38,676 nt of DNA from Synechococcus sp. (GCA_051439425.1 JBFRWD010000051.1:1-38676); one strand, 5' to 3'; shown: positions 1-9,458, counted from the first letter of the stretch. Made by a program: numbers and translations. The notes: generated from the letters alone by a model not told the origin.

Positions 1-126
1 AATCATGGCAGGAGGGCACGCAGTATCTTCCGCTATGGACTCGATCGCCTACGCTCGGTCATCCTCGACTTTCAGCATAAAAAATCACTCTTTCTACATG
101 CTCTTGAGTTTTTGTCCTGTACTTAG
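1..126 (+). mobile_element. 3' end of an IS4-family transposase and element right end (runs off window start)
   Basis: Frame 1 reads NHGRRARSIFRYGLDRLRSVILDFQHKKSLFLHALEFLSCT*, matching the C-terminus of cyanobacterial IS4-family transposases (..GRR.KS.FRYG....FLSCT*). Ends in TTTTGTCCTGTACTTAG. Not in the ORF track. Confidence 0.85.
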
Positions 127-136
127 GGGATTAGTA

Positions 137-1111
137 GTGAATTACATTTCATACGATGAATTATCTAAGGATATATACTGCAATTTAGATAGAATTCACA
201 AATTGAATATTGACCTTGTTGTCGGAATACCCAGAAGCGGCATGATTCCGGCATATATGATAGCGCTAGCTTTAAATGTAATCTGTATCGATCTCGACGC
301 CCTTATCCATAATAGAGAAGTAAATAGAGGTCAAACAAGAAAACTAAGGTTTGATCATGAGGAAAAACTTCCTCATGATTTTGGCAATATTCTGTTGGTG
401 GATGATACGATTTTCACAGGCAACTCTTTAAAGCGTGAACTACAAAAAATACCTGCTTCGTTAAGAGGGAAAATAACTACTTTTGCAGTCTATTCCAGCA
501 AAAAGAAAAGAAACGATATAGACCAATACCTTAAGTTTTTGCCAGGCCCAAGAATATTCGAATGGAGTATTTTTCACCATAGATTTATCGGCCGATCGTG
601 TGTCGATATTGATGGCGTGCTTTGCTTTGATCCAACGGAAGAACAGAATGATGATGGGGAGAAATATATTAATTTCATCTTGAATGCTCCCCCTAAGTTC
701 TTGCCAACTGGTGAAGTTGATGCGCTGGTTACCAACAGATTAGAGAAATATAGACCTCAAACCAAACTTTGGCTAGATAAACATAACATTAAATATAAAA
801 AGCTGATCATGTTAGATTTACCCTCGAAGGAGGAAAGGCAAAAGAGTGGAGCAAACTTTACTCATAAACCAGAATACTACAGAAAAAGTGACAATATAAT
901 TTTTATTGAAAGTGATATTTCTCAGGCAAAAACAATACATCAAAAAACTGGAAAGGCCGTTTTTTGCGTTGATGCAAATATCCTTATTGATTCAAACTAT
1001 TTTATAGCAATCAAGAAAGATCCTGTTCGTGGTATAAAATCATCTATGAGGATCCTATACAAGCGTCTGAAGAAAAACGTAAGGCGAAGTCTGAAGAGAA
1101 GCATAAAGTGA
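137..1111 (+). CDS. Phosphoribosyltransferase (type I PRT) fused to a HAD-like phosphatase domain
   Basis: N-half has VVGIPRSG and the PRPP loop ILLVDDTIFTGNS; C-half has DIDGV (HAD motif I), VTNR and FIESD. GTG start at 137 follows an AGGGG RBS; the longer ORF from 5 overlaps the IS4. AT-rich. Confidence 0.8.
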   Translation: MNYISYDELSKDIYCNLDRIHKLNIDLVVGIPRSGMIPAYMIALALNVICIDLDALIHNREVNRGQTRKLRFDHEEKLPHDFGNILLVDDTIFTGNSLKRELQKIPASLRGKITTFAVYSSKKKRNDIDQYLKFLPGPRIFEWSIFHHRFIGRSCVDIDGVLCFDPTEEQNDDGEKYINFILNAPPKFLPTGEVDALVTNRLEKYRPQTKLWLDKHNIKYKKLIMLDLPSKEERQKSGANFTHKPEYYRKSDNIIFIESDISQAKTIHQKTGKAVFCVDANILIDSNYFIAIKKDPVRGIKSSMRILYKRLKKNVRRSLKRSIK

Positions 1112-1308
1112 TACAAAACCTGGAAATCCTACCTCAAAAATAGAAATCCAAAAGCGCCACATTAGCCTGTTTTTGAAAGAAGAAATGCTTTCTGGGGTCT
1201 GCTCAAAAGGATTTAGTATGAGCTCGTCAAGAGGTATGTACGGGAGCAAGAAAGTGGAGAAGCCAAGGAAAATAAAAGGCAAATCCAGCTATTTGAGCTG
1301 TGGCACCC

Positions 1309-1340
1309 CGGATACCCCGTAGCTAGCTGCGGGGTATCCG
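1309..1340. repeat. GC-rich inverted repeat (terminator or REP/IS-end-like palindrome)
   Basis: CGGATACCCCGTAGC-TA-GCTGCGGGGTATCCG: 15-bp arms with one G-U pair, between convergent genes. Confidence 0.7.
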
Positions 1341-1410
1341 CTAATCAGGTTATCTATTCATTCCCCTGATTTCTCTAGTTCTGTACCGGACGGCATCAGG
1401 CCAGTCACCA

Positions 1411-3171
1411 TTAACGGAATGCAACTCGCATTCGCTGACTAACCATATCCACCACAAACGTCAGCACCACAAAGCAACCAAAGGTAACAGTCAACCCTCC
1501 ATAGTCAAAGCTACTCAACTGCTCGTTCATCAACCGCCCCAATCCCCCTGCACCAACCAAGCCAACGATCACCGTCTCTCGCATACACACATCCCAGCGA
1601 TAGAGAATGTAAGCTAAAAAACGCCCCATATTCTGGGGCAACACACCATACAAAATCACCTGCCCGGAAGACGCACCCAACGCATGCAGCGATCGCACCG
1701 GACGGTCATCCAAATTCTCATTTACCTCCGCCATCAACCGCCCCAAAATGCCAAAATTGTGCGCCGCCAACGCCAGCGCCCCCGGCAAAATCCCCGGAAA
1801 CAGCACGTACAGCAACACCAACGCCCAAATCGGGGCCGGAATCGCTCGACTCACCAACAGAACGAGGCGACTCAAAATCAGTAGACTCTTCTCCCAAACC
1901 GGCCACCGTACCCTCTGCCCCAGCGGACGCAACCATCCTCCCGGTAACAAAAACGTGTGCGCTGCCGGAAACGACAGCAAAATCCCTCCAATGCCAGCCC
2001 AAGCAATGGCCACAATCGACATCGCCACCGTCTGACTGGATAAATCCAGCAAGTAACTAGCTCCATCCCACCCCGGCCAATGGGGCACCGAGTCGGAAAC
2101 TACGTCTGCAAACAACGACCGCGATCGCTCCGACCACAACCGCTGCCACTCAATCCCCAATCCCCAAAAACACAGGGGAATCGCCAACACTGTCAGGCTC
2201 CATGACAGCCGCAACTTCCAGTCAAATGCCCGAACCGGTCGCAACTTAGCAGTGTGGCTAGCAGGAGATTCGGAAAACAACGCATCCGACTTGCGCGCAT
2301 TAATATCCAACCGACTGGTGAACCCCATCCGCCGCCGCACCCAAGCGCTCCACATATCCACCGCGCCATTCAGCACAATCAGCGCGTAAAATCCCGTCCA
2401 CAACTGGTGATAGCGCAGCGACTGCAAACTGAGCAAAATTTCGTACCCTAGCCCCCCAGCTCCAATAACCCCCATCACCGCCGCTGCCCGCAGCGAGCAC
2501 TCAAACCGATAAAAGGTATACGACAACAAATTGGGCAAAGCCTGCGGCAATAACCCATATAGCCAAGCCGTCGCCGGAGACCCCCCACTATTCAGCAACA
2601 CTTGCAGCGGCTCTTGCGGCGTCTCGTCCAAAATCTCAGAGAAGACTTTAGAGACAATCGCCCCAAACGGAATCGCGATCGCCAACACCGCTACCAGCGG
2701 GTCCAGCCCGAAGATATTGAGAAAAATCAAGCCCCAAATCAGCTCGTGAATCGCCCTTGGAACCGACAGCAACCCGCGCACTGCGAACCATAGCGATTGC
2801 CCCACCCACGCATGTTTCGCCGTAGCTGGAAACACCGTCCGCCACCAAGTGCGCGATGAGAGAACGCCCCCCACAAACCCCAAGCCCACACTCAACACCG
2901 TGCCGCACACCGCATAGGCAAACGTCACCACCGTCGCTCGCCCAATCGTCTGTAAAAAATCTGGAGTCAGTTCCGGGGAAAATGCAGCCCACCAAAATTC
3001 AGCGAGCTGCCTGCGTCCCCCCCAATTAATGATGTTTGCTCCTGGTTGGCCAATCCCCGCTTGATAAAACGACCAGCCAAGAGCAATAAGAACGCTTGCC
3101 CACCACAGCCAGCGGCGATCGAGCCGCCACGGTCGCCTAGGAATTTCTATAGGAATGCGAGGTGAGGCCAT
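1411..3171 (-). CDS. ABC transporter permease, PhnE/PtxC family, two fused TM modules
   Basis: Two BPD_transp_1-type halves (RAIHELIWGL..YRFECSLRAAAVMGVIGAGGLG; RAIPAPIWAL..YRWDVCMRETVIVGLVGAGGLG). ATG at 3171 preferred over the upstream TTG. Confidence 0.88.
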   Translation of the reverse strand: MASPRIPIEIPRRPWRLDRRWLWWASVLIALGWSFYQAGIGQPGANIINWGGRRQLAEFWWAAFSPELTPDFLQTIGRATVVTFAYAVCGTVLSVGLGFVGGVLSSRTWWRTVFPATAKHAWVGQSLWFAVRGLLSVPRAIHELIWGLIFLNIFGLDPLVAVLAIAIPFGAIVSKVFSEILDETPQEPLQVLLNSGGSPATAWLYGLLPQALPNLLSYTFYRFECSLRAAAVMGVIGAGGLGYEILLSLQSLRYHQLWTGFYALIVLNGAVDMWSAWVRRRMGFTSRLDINARKSDALFSESPASHTAKLRPVRAFDWKLRLSWSLTVLAIPLCFWGLGIEWQRLWSERSRSLFADVVSDSVPHWPGWDGASYLLDLSSQTVAMSIVAIAWAGIGGILLSFPAAHTFLLPGGWLRPLGQRVRWPVWEKSLLILSRLVLLVSRAIPAPIWALVLLYVLFPGILPGALALAAHNFGILGRLMAEVNENLDDRPVRSLHALGASSGQVILYGVLPQNMGRFLAYILYRWDVCMRETVIVGLVGAGGLGRLMNEQLSSFDYGGLTVTFGCFVVLTFVVDMVSQRMRVAFR

Positions 3172-3297
3172 TGAAAGACAAGGAGTTGAAGCCGTGCGAT
3201 CGCCCAACCGTGTCAGAACGAAATCGCTGCTCAAAAAGAAAGCTGCCAAGAAAACATGGCCTAGACATTCTCCCTTAGTCCGGCATTTCCCGCAGAA

Positions 3298-4053
3298 TTA
3301 GCTCGATAACCGATACAGCTCGCGAATGTCAGTGTCAGAAACCTTAGATGGCGGAGCATCAAACACCAGCCGCCCCTGCCTCAACCCTAACAAGCGATCG
3401 CAATATTCAAATGCAAATTCAATATCGTGCAAGCTCACCACCAATGTCTTGCCCGTCTGCTGCGTCAGCTCCCGCAGAAATCCCATCAAGTCATGCGATC
3501 GCGCCGGATCCAAACTAGAAATCGGTTCATCTGCCAAAATCGCCGTTGGGTTTTGCACCAACACACGCGCCAATGCCACCCGCTGCTGCTGCCCTCCCGA
3601 CAGGCGATCTGTTCGGACGTATAGCTTGTCCGCAATCCCCACCTGCTCCAGCGCCTGCATTGCTGTCTCCACATTCTGAGGCCACACCAACGACAGCGCC
3701 GCCTTCGCCAACGACCAGCTCCCCAACTGTCCGGCATTGACGTTATGAATCACCGACAAGTTCGTCACCAAATGGTGCTGTTGGTACACCGTACCAATCT
3801 GCCGTTGAATCTTGCGTCTCTGCCTCGGTGTCAGTTCGGACAAATCTTGTCCCAAAGCTGTGATGCTACCGGAACTCGGCAGCAATGTCCCGTTCAACAG
3901 ACTCAGCAACGTACTTTTACCGGCACCGCTAGGCCCAATCAACGCCACCCGCTCCCCTGCCAAAATCTCGAGCGATAGATCGGAAAGAGCTGTGAGCTTG
4001 CCGAAGTAATGAGAGACGGTATCAAGTTGAAAGATGGTGCTTACATCTCCCAT
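3298..4053 (-). CDS. ABC transporter ATP-binding protein, PhnC-like
   Basis: Walker A GPSGAGKS, signature LSGGQQQRV, Walker B ILADEP, H-loop SLHD. ATG 4053 lies just after the SBP stop. Confidence 0.92.
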   Translation of the reverse strand: MGDVSTIFQLDTVSHYFGKLTALSDLSLEILAGERVALIGPSGAGKSTLLSLLNGTLLPSSGSITALGQDLSELTPRQRRKIQRQIGTVYQQHHLVTNLSVIHNVNAGQLGSWSLAKAALSLVWPQNVETAMQALEQVGIADKLYVRTDRLSGGQQQRVALARVLVQNPTAILADEPISSLDPARSHDLMGFLRELTQQTGKTLVVSLHDIEFAFEYCDRLLGLRQGRLVFDAPPSKVSDTDIRELYRLSS

Positions 4054-4069
4054 CAAAGAATCCTGCCCA

Positions 4070-5002
4070 TCACTGGATTTTGCCAATCTCGCGCCCAATG
4101 GCCTCAATCTGGGCGTAATTGTCATTCTCAGTGGGGATAAACTCGTTGGCTCCAAACAAATCGAGAATTTCTTTCTCTTCGGGAACCTCGGGGTCGAGAC
4201 CGGTCAAGGCAGACTGCAGCTGCTCGGTAAATCCGTCTCCATAGCGTTCCTCTGCTTCGGGACTGACGACCCAGTGATAGTCGTAATAGGGCGGCGTCCA
4301 CCACACCACTTGTACTTGCGATTCGTCGATCGCCCCTTCCGCCAACCGCGCTTCCCACACCTGCGAGTTCAGCGCTCCTGCTTCATACGTTCCTGCTTCC
4401 ACCAACTTAATCGTGGCATCGTGGTTCCCAGAAAAACCGACTTCCCCCTGAAAGTCCTCCAACGTCATGTCCGCCTGTTGCAAAAAGTACTGGGGCATTA
4501 ACCGACCGGACGTAGAGGATTCGCTACCAAACGTGAAGGTGCGATCGCCTAATACCGTTAACTCTTCAATATCCTCAAACGGATCGATGCCGCTGCCGGT
4601 GTTAGCGATAAATACACTCTGGAATTGCTCGTCAATATCCCGTTGGGCGATCGCCTCGGCCCCGTCCACCTGCAACCGAGCTTGCACACCGGTCAATCCA
4701 CCAAACCAAACCAGATCGAGATCTCCAACCTTAAAGGCCGTCACCGCTGCCGCATAGTCTGTAACCGGCTGATATTCCACCGGAATCTCCAGCTCGGCCT
4801 CCAGATACGTCGCCAAACTGTCCGCTAACCGCTGTACTTTTTCGGGATCTTGATCGGGAATCGACCCCACAATCAGAGGTGCAACGTCTTCCCCGGTACT
4901 GGTCTCATTTGTCGAAGTTTGACTGGGCTGTCCTCCACAAGCACTCAGGACTATCAGTGCTGCAATTCCAACTGCTGCCGAACGGCGAAGGATAACGGTC
5001 AT
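4070..5002 (-). CDS. PhnD-like substrate-binding lipoprotein (putative selenate ABC transporter type)
   Basis: Lipobox LSAC; motifs IPDQDPEK, DLVWFGGLTGVQAR, TFGSESSTSGRLMP and YYDYHW resemble the putative-selenate subgroup of PhnD/SsuA proteins. Confidence 0.88.
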   Translation of the reverse strand: MTVILRRSAAVGIAALIVLSACGGQPSQTSTNETSTGEDVAPLIVGSIPDQDPEKVQRLADSLATYLEAELEIPVEYQPVTDYAAAVTAFKVGDLDLVWFGGLTGVQARLQVDGAEAIAQRDIDEQFQSVFIANTGSGIDPFEDIEELTVLGDRTFTFGSESSTSGRLMPQYFLQQADMTLEDFQGEVGFSGNHDATIKLVEAGTYEAGALNSQVWEARLAEGAIDESQVQVVWWTPPYYDYHWVVSPEAEERYGDGFTEQLQSALTGLDPEVPEEKEILDLFGANEFIPTENDNYAQIEAIGREIGKIQ

Positions 5003-5124
5003 GACTGTATATGTGTGAAACCTAAAAGCCAGTCAATCCTACATCACAGCAGAGATCGATTACTTTCCCTGTTTGACCGACGTTATCGAGACAGCCTGCA
5101 AGTGAGATTTCTGTGCCCAAATAA

Positions 5125-5150
5125 CAGAGGGGGTCAACAGATGCCCTCTG
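5125..5150 (-). terminator. Probable intrinsic terminator of the flotillin operon
   Basis: CAGAGGG..CCCTCTG stem 6 nt after the stop at 5157, followed by TTATTT on the minus strand. Confidence 0.55.
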
Positions 5151-5156
5151 GTCTGA

Positions 5157-6665
5157 CTAATCCTTTAGCCACTCATCAACCATTCGATGGGAGATCGACA
5201 CGGCTGGGTGGTCGAATAGCGTATCGAGGGCAGCGTCACCCCCAGCTTTCAAGACTCGCTTGACCTTGTTCTTGAGACCAGGTTCGCGATCGATCATCGC
5301 CGTCACAATTTCCTCGGGTGGAGCGTTACTAGCCTGAGTTGCACTGGCACGATCCATAATTTGCTGCAGTTCCCCTTTCAGTTCTCGCACCATTTGAGAC
5401 GTTACAGGAGGCGGGGGAGCTGGGGGGTTGGGGCGATCGCCACTCATCAACTTCTGTGCCGCTGCAGGCACATCAATGCCCGTACTGTATTTCACCTGCT
5501 CGAACGCAGAAATCAAGCTACCGACGGCCCCCGAATTGGTGGGGTCAATCACCGTCACGTTGTCCACTTGCACTTCTGGCACTGTTCCTGCCAGTAGCTC
5601 CAATAACACATCCAACTTCTGCAGCAAGAACACATCCCGAGCCATCGGGCCTGCCGCCTGCCACGACTGCACCAGCCGCCGAGTCCCCTCTGCCTGGGCG
5701 CGCCCGTTTTCCACTACCTTTGAAGCGCGGGCCTGGGCCCGAGCGATCGCCTGCTTGCAATCTGCCTCTGCCGGAGCTACGACATCTGCTTGCAACTGCT
5801 GCTCTACCTGCTTAATTAGCTCCTGCTGAACGGGAATATCCGCCTCAGCACGAGCCACTTCCGCTGCAATTTCTGCCTCCGCTTCCGCAATCACCGCCGT
5901 GCGTTGAGTTAAAGCATTTTGGATGCGGCGATCGGCCTCAGCCCGCGAGATGGCCTCATCTCGTTCGATGCGTTTCAGCGAGGTGATCTTCTCGTTCTCA
6001 GCCGCCTGCACTGCCGATTCAGCTTTGGTTTCAGCCTCGGCAATTCGAGCATCCCGCCGCAGCTCTACCTGCTGCTTGCGACCGATGGAATTGAGATATC
6101 CCACATCATCGGAAATGTTCTGCACTTGCAGGGTATCCAGCACCAGCCCCAAGCGTTCCAGATCGTCCTCAGCCTCCTCCAGCAAGCTTTTAGCAAAGGC
6201 AATTTTGTCCTCATTTACCTGTTCTGGGGTCAAGCTGGCCAGCACTCCACGCAAGTTTCCTTCCAGAGTTTCGCGGGCGATTTTTTCAATTTCCTGCCGA
6301 TTTTTCCCCAACAGCCGCTCGATCGCGTTGTGAATGGTCGGCTCTTCACCCGCAATTTTGATATTGGCTACCCCCGTCACATTCAGAGGAATTCCCCCTT
6401 TAGAATAGGCATTCGATACCTGCAGTTCGATGATGGAGTTGGTGATGTCCATCCGAAAGGCCCGCTCCAACAGCGGAGTCCGCAGGCTACTGCCCCCCTT
6501 CACCAGCCGATATCCGATGTTACGCCCTGTAGCGGTACGGCGTTTTCCCCCTGCAAAAATCAGCACTTCGCTGGGTTGGCAGATATAGTACAAGTTTCGA
6601 ATAATCAGCAAACCAGCCCCGGTACTGGCACCAAGGGCAATCAAAATGGCAATAACAGCGCCCAT
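5157..6665 (-). CDS. Flotillin/SPFH family protein with an extra C-terminal helical domain
   Basis: N-terminal TM helix, SPFH core (NAYSKGGIPL, ETLEGNLRGVLASLTPEQVNED), EA-rich coiled coil. TAATG stop/start coupling with the upstream paralog at 6665. Confidence 0.92.
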   Translation of the reverse strand: MGAVIAILIALGASTGAGLLIIRNLYYICQPSEVLIFAGGKRRTATGRNIGYRLVKGGSSLRTPLLERAFRMDITNSIIELQVSNAYSKGGIPLNVTGVANIKIAGEEPTIHNAIERLLGKNRQEIEKIARETLEGNLRGVLASLTPEQVNEDKIAFAKSLLEEAEDDLERLGLVLDTLQVQNISDDVGYLNSIGRKQQVELRRDARIAEAETKAESAVQAAENEKITSLKRIERDEAISRAEADRRIQNALTQRTAVIAEAEAEIAAEVARAEADIPVQQELIKQVEQQLQADVVAPAEADCKQAIARAQARASKVVENGRAQAEGTRRLVQSWQAAGPMARDVFLLQKLDVLLELLAGTVPEVQVDNVTVIDPTNSGAVGSLISAFEQVKYSTGIDVPAAAQKLMSGDRPNPPAPPPPVTSQMVRELKGELQQIMDRASATQASNAPPEEIVTAMIDREPGLKNKVKRVLKAGGDAALDTLFDHPAVSISHRMVDEWLKD

Positions 6666-8266
6666 TAGTTTTCTCCTGCGGTGTCGGGGTTGGTAGGTTC
6701 TGAGTTGCTAGATTCTGGGTTGGTAGATTCTGATGCTTCATCAGACAACAGGTCGTCTATCAGCTCCCCAGCCATACTGATGTCAGTGGTAGATGCTTCT
6801 GTGGTAGAAGTTCCTGATGTAGAAGATTCAGGGGGCAAAGACTCCACGATGGGTGGTTCGGCGATCGCAGAGGCCCCACCGGAGGCTGCATCAGCAGGCA
6901 TCGACGAATTGCTGCTTCGTCGCAATGTTTTGGCCACATCCAGCCCTAATGTCAAATCCACCCGATTGATAAACTGCCGTACCATTTCGGGGTAAGCATT
7001 GGTTAAACCTGCTAACGATTGCCCCCCTCCGCTGTCAATCACGTTTACCCGTCCCAACTTGAGTTGCTTCGGTACCTTGGCCGCTTGTTGCAACACCATC
7101 TCAATTTGCTGCAACAAGTACACATCCGCCGCGTCGGTACCGGTTTCCTGCCACACCTGAGTCAGCAGGTCGCTGGCAGTTGCCGATGCTTTTGCCTGTT
7201 CGGACAATTCTGCCGCCGCCCCACGCGCTTTCAACACAGAGGCTTGACGTTGCGCCTCCGCCGGTAGGACTTTATCGACCTCTAACCGCAACCGCTCCAA
7301 CTCGGCCCTCAAAGTTTGCAGTTGCTGTTCTGCTCTTGCCCTCGCTTCGATTGCCGCCGCTTCGGTACGCTCCTCTTCCGATCTCGCTTGCTGTTCCAAT
7401 TCCGCTTTAATCTTCCGCAGGTCGTTTTCCTGTTGTTGCACGATACTCAACGCTTGAGTTTTGGCCACCTCCGCCCGTTGCTCGCACTCGGCCTCAATCC
7501 GCTCTGCCTGACCCACCGACTCGGCTTCCGCAATTTCGGCATCTCGGACAATATGAGCAATCCGCTGGCGGCTAATCGAACTTAAATAGTCCACCTTGTC
7601 CGCCACGCTCTGAATTTTCAGGGTGTCCAATTGCATCCCCAATTTGGCCAAATCTCGCGATACATCCTGGGCAATGCGCTCGGCAAATTCCAACCGATCT
7701 TCGTTGACTTGCTCGGGAGTCAGGGTGGCAACAACACCACGCAAGTTCCCTTCCAGAGTCTCGCGGGCCACCCGAGCAATTTCGGAGCGATCGCGATCCA
7801 AAAAACGTTCGATCGCGTTTCCCACAATGGCCGGATCGCCAGAGATTTTCACATTGGCGATCGCCTGCACGTCAATGGGGGTTCCCCCTTTGGCATAAGC
7901 ATTCGTGACTTCCACCGGTACCGGCACGATCGTCATGTTGATGCGCTTGACAGTTTCTAGCACCGGAATGGTAATCACCCGTCCCCCAAACACCACCCGG
8001 TAGCCGACGGTTTGTCCTTCGGGAGTGCGATACTTGCGCCCTGACACAATCAAAATCTCGTTGGGATTGCAAATGCGCAGCAGGTTCTTAAGGACCCAAA
8101 TGACAGCTGCAATCAAAAAAATCGTGATGGCGATCGTAAACGAAGGGCTAAAGAACGCCAGCTGATAAGCTCCCTGAGAGTTTGCATGAGGGGATTTCGC
8201 ACTGAGGCTGGCTGGCGACACCTCCTGCACCAGTTGCAATTCGGCTTCATGTACGGATTCATTCAT
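6665..8266 (-). CDS. Flotillin/SPFH family protein
   Basis: SPFH core (NAYAKGGTP, ETLEGNLRGVVATLTPEQVNED), coiled coil and an S/T/E-rich disordered tail. Confidence 0.92.
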   Translation of the reverse strand: MNESVHEAELQLVQEVSPASLSAKSPHANSQGAYQLAFFSPSFTIAITIFLIAAVIWVLKNLLRICNPNEILIVSGRKYRTPEGQTVGYRVVFGGRVITIPVLETVKRINMTIVPVPVEVTNAYAKGGTPIDVQAIANVKISGDPAIVGNAIERFLDRDRSEIARVARETLEGNLRGVVATLTPEQVNEDRLEFAERIAQDVSRDLAKLGMQLDTLKIQSVADKVDYLSSISRQRIAHIVRDAEIAEAESVGQAERIEAECEQRAEVAKTQALSIVQQQENDLRKIKAELEQQARSEEERTEAAAIEARARAEQQLQTLRAELERLRLEVDKVLPAEAQRQASVLKARGAAAELSEQAKASATASDLLTQVWQETGTDAADVYLLQQIEMVLQQAAKVPKQLKLGRVNVIDSGGGQSLAGLTNAYPEMVRQFINRVDLTLGLDVAKTLRRSSNSSMPADAASGGASAIAEPPIVESLPPESSTSGTSTTEASTTDISMAGELIDDLLSDEASESTNPESSNSEPTNPDTAGEN

Positions 8267-8339
8267 AGCCTTATATCCTGATTGAGCCTTTGGCCCTGAA
8301 ATACGGTTGGCAAGTTTCTACCTGCTATCTCCAAAGTGG

Positions 8340-9035
8340 TTAAGTGGATGATTTAGATTGAAATACAGCTTCTGGTACTACCCAGAGACGGTTGTCTTTA
8401 ATTCGAATGACCACTACTCTTTCATCCGGCTCCAGTTCAGTTTCTTCATCGGTGCAAGCCAAAAATGCCACGCTGGAATTGCCTAAATTGAGGCGAATTT
8501 TCCCCGGACTATTGACCTGTAACGGGACTTCCACCACACCCACCTTGCCGATCAAGTCGGTCGGGCGAACCATGCTGTTAGACGGGTTGCGCCGCAGCAG
8601 ATGCAACACGTAAGTAAATGCAGTGCCGCTGATGAGTCCAAAGGAGATCGCCAACAACGCCCGCAGGCTCGAAGCGAGTGAGGGGGCTAACAGAGTGAGC
8701 AGCAAGCCGGTTAGGCCAAAAAAGCAGGTCCCAAATGTCCAGAAGCGCAAGCTGGTAAAGGGTAGCCAGAGTTTAGGGCGAGAACGACGAAAGGGACTCT
8801 CTTCGCGATCTCCAGGTCGGGGGCGATCGCGGACTTCCACATCCATATCGACGCCGTCGGCCACATCCCCCTCAAATTCCAATTCTCCTAACTCGATATC
8901 TCCAAAATCGATATCCCCCACTTCGAGATCGCCGAGTTCAAGATCGCCAAATTCCACTCCATCTAGACCACTGATACTGGCCAGAAACACAAAAAAGCCA
9001 CCGACGATCGTGCAAAACCAATAGACAGGTGTCAT
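8340..9035 (-). CDS. NfeD-like membrane protein (flotillin partner)
   Basis: TM helices, LPFTSLRFWTFGTCFFGLTG motif and a C-terminal OB-fold-like segment (DLIGKVGVVEVP..GKIRL); first gene of the flotillin operon. Confidence 0.85.
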   Translation of the reverse strand: MTPVYWFCTIVGGFFVFLASISGLDGVEFGDLELGDLEVGDIDFGDIELGELEFEGDVADGVDMDVEVRDRPRPGDREESPFRRSRPKLWLPFTSLRFWTFGTCFFGLTGLLLTLLAPSLASSLRALLAISFGLISGTAFTYVLHLLRRNPSNSMVRPTDLIGKVGVVEVPLQVNSPGKIRLNLGNSSVAFLACTDEETELEPDERVVVIRIKDNRLWVVPEAVFQSKSST

Positions 9036-9458
9036 GGAAACAAGAACAGATAGGAATACAGGTGTTGTGACATAACAATTTGAGGTTGCACCCCAGCCAT
9101 CATGACCGATGCAAACGTTACAATCGATTAAATTTCTGAGTATCTCTTCAGGTTCTTTAATACAAATTCAAGTCTGTCTCTGGTGGCTCTTCGCGAGTAA
9201 AGATGCAAGCATTCTCAAGATTTTGTTGGAAAGAATCCAGCACTGCCAGAGGAATCCAACACCTTATGCTAGGTCGTATAAACAGTCTTTTGACAACGCA
9301 AAAAAGCAGTTTTTGCAAGCCAGGGAGAGGCATTCACCTACTGTCTTCGAGCTGCCATCCTATTACCACAGCTCGATCTGTGGTGGACACGCTTTATCAA
9401 TTGGGGTGAAGTTAGGCACCCTGAAAACTAGTGATACGCACGAGTGCGGAGAAGTCTG

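Noticed and set aside
5..136. 44-aa N-terminal extension of the PRTase ORF
   Set aside because: It overlaps the IS4 transposase end in another frame; the real start is probably GTG 137.
5919..6668. 249-aa plus-strand ORF and similar antisense ORFs over flotillins, trpS and pnp
   Set aside because: Shadow frames of well-supported genes.
6668..6910. Short S/T/E/P repeats in the first flotillin tail (ESTNP-ESSNS-EPTNP)
   Set aside because: Typical low-complexity disordered tail; no evidence of separate function.
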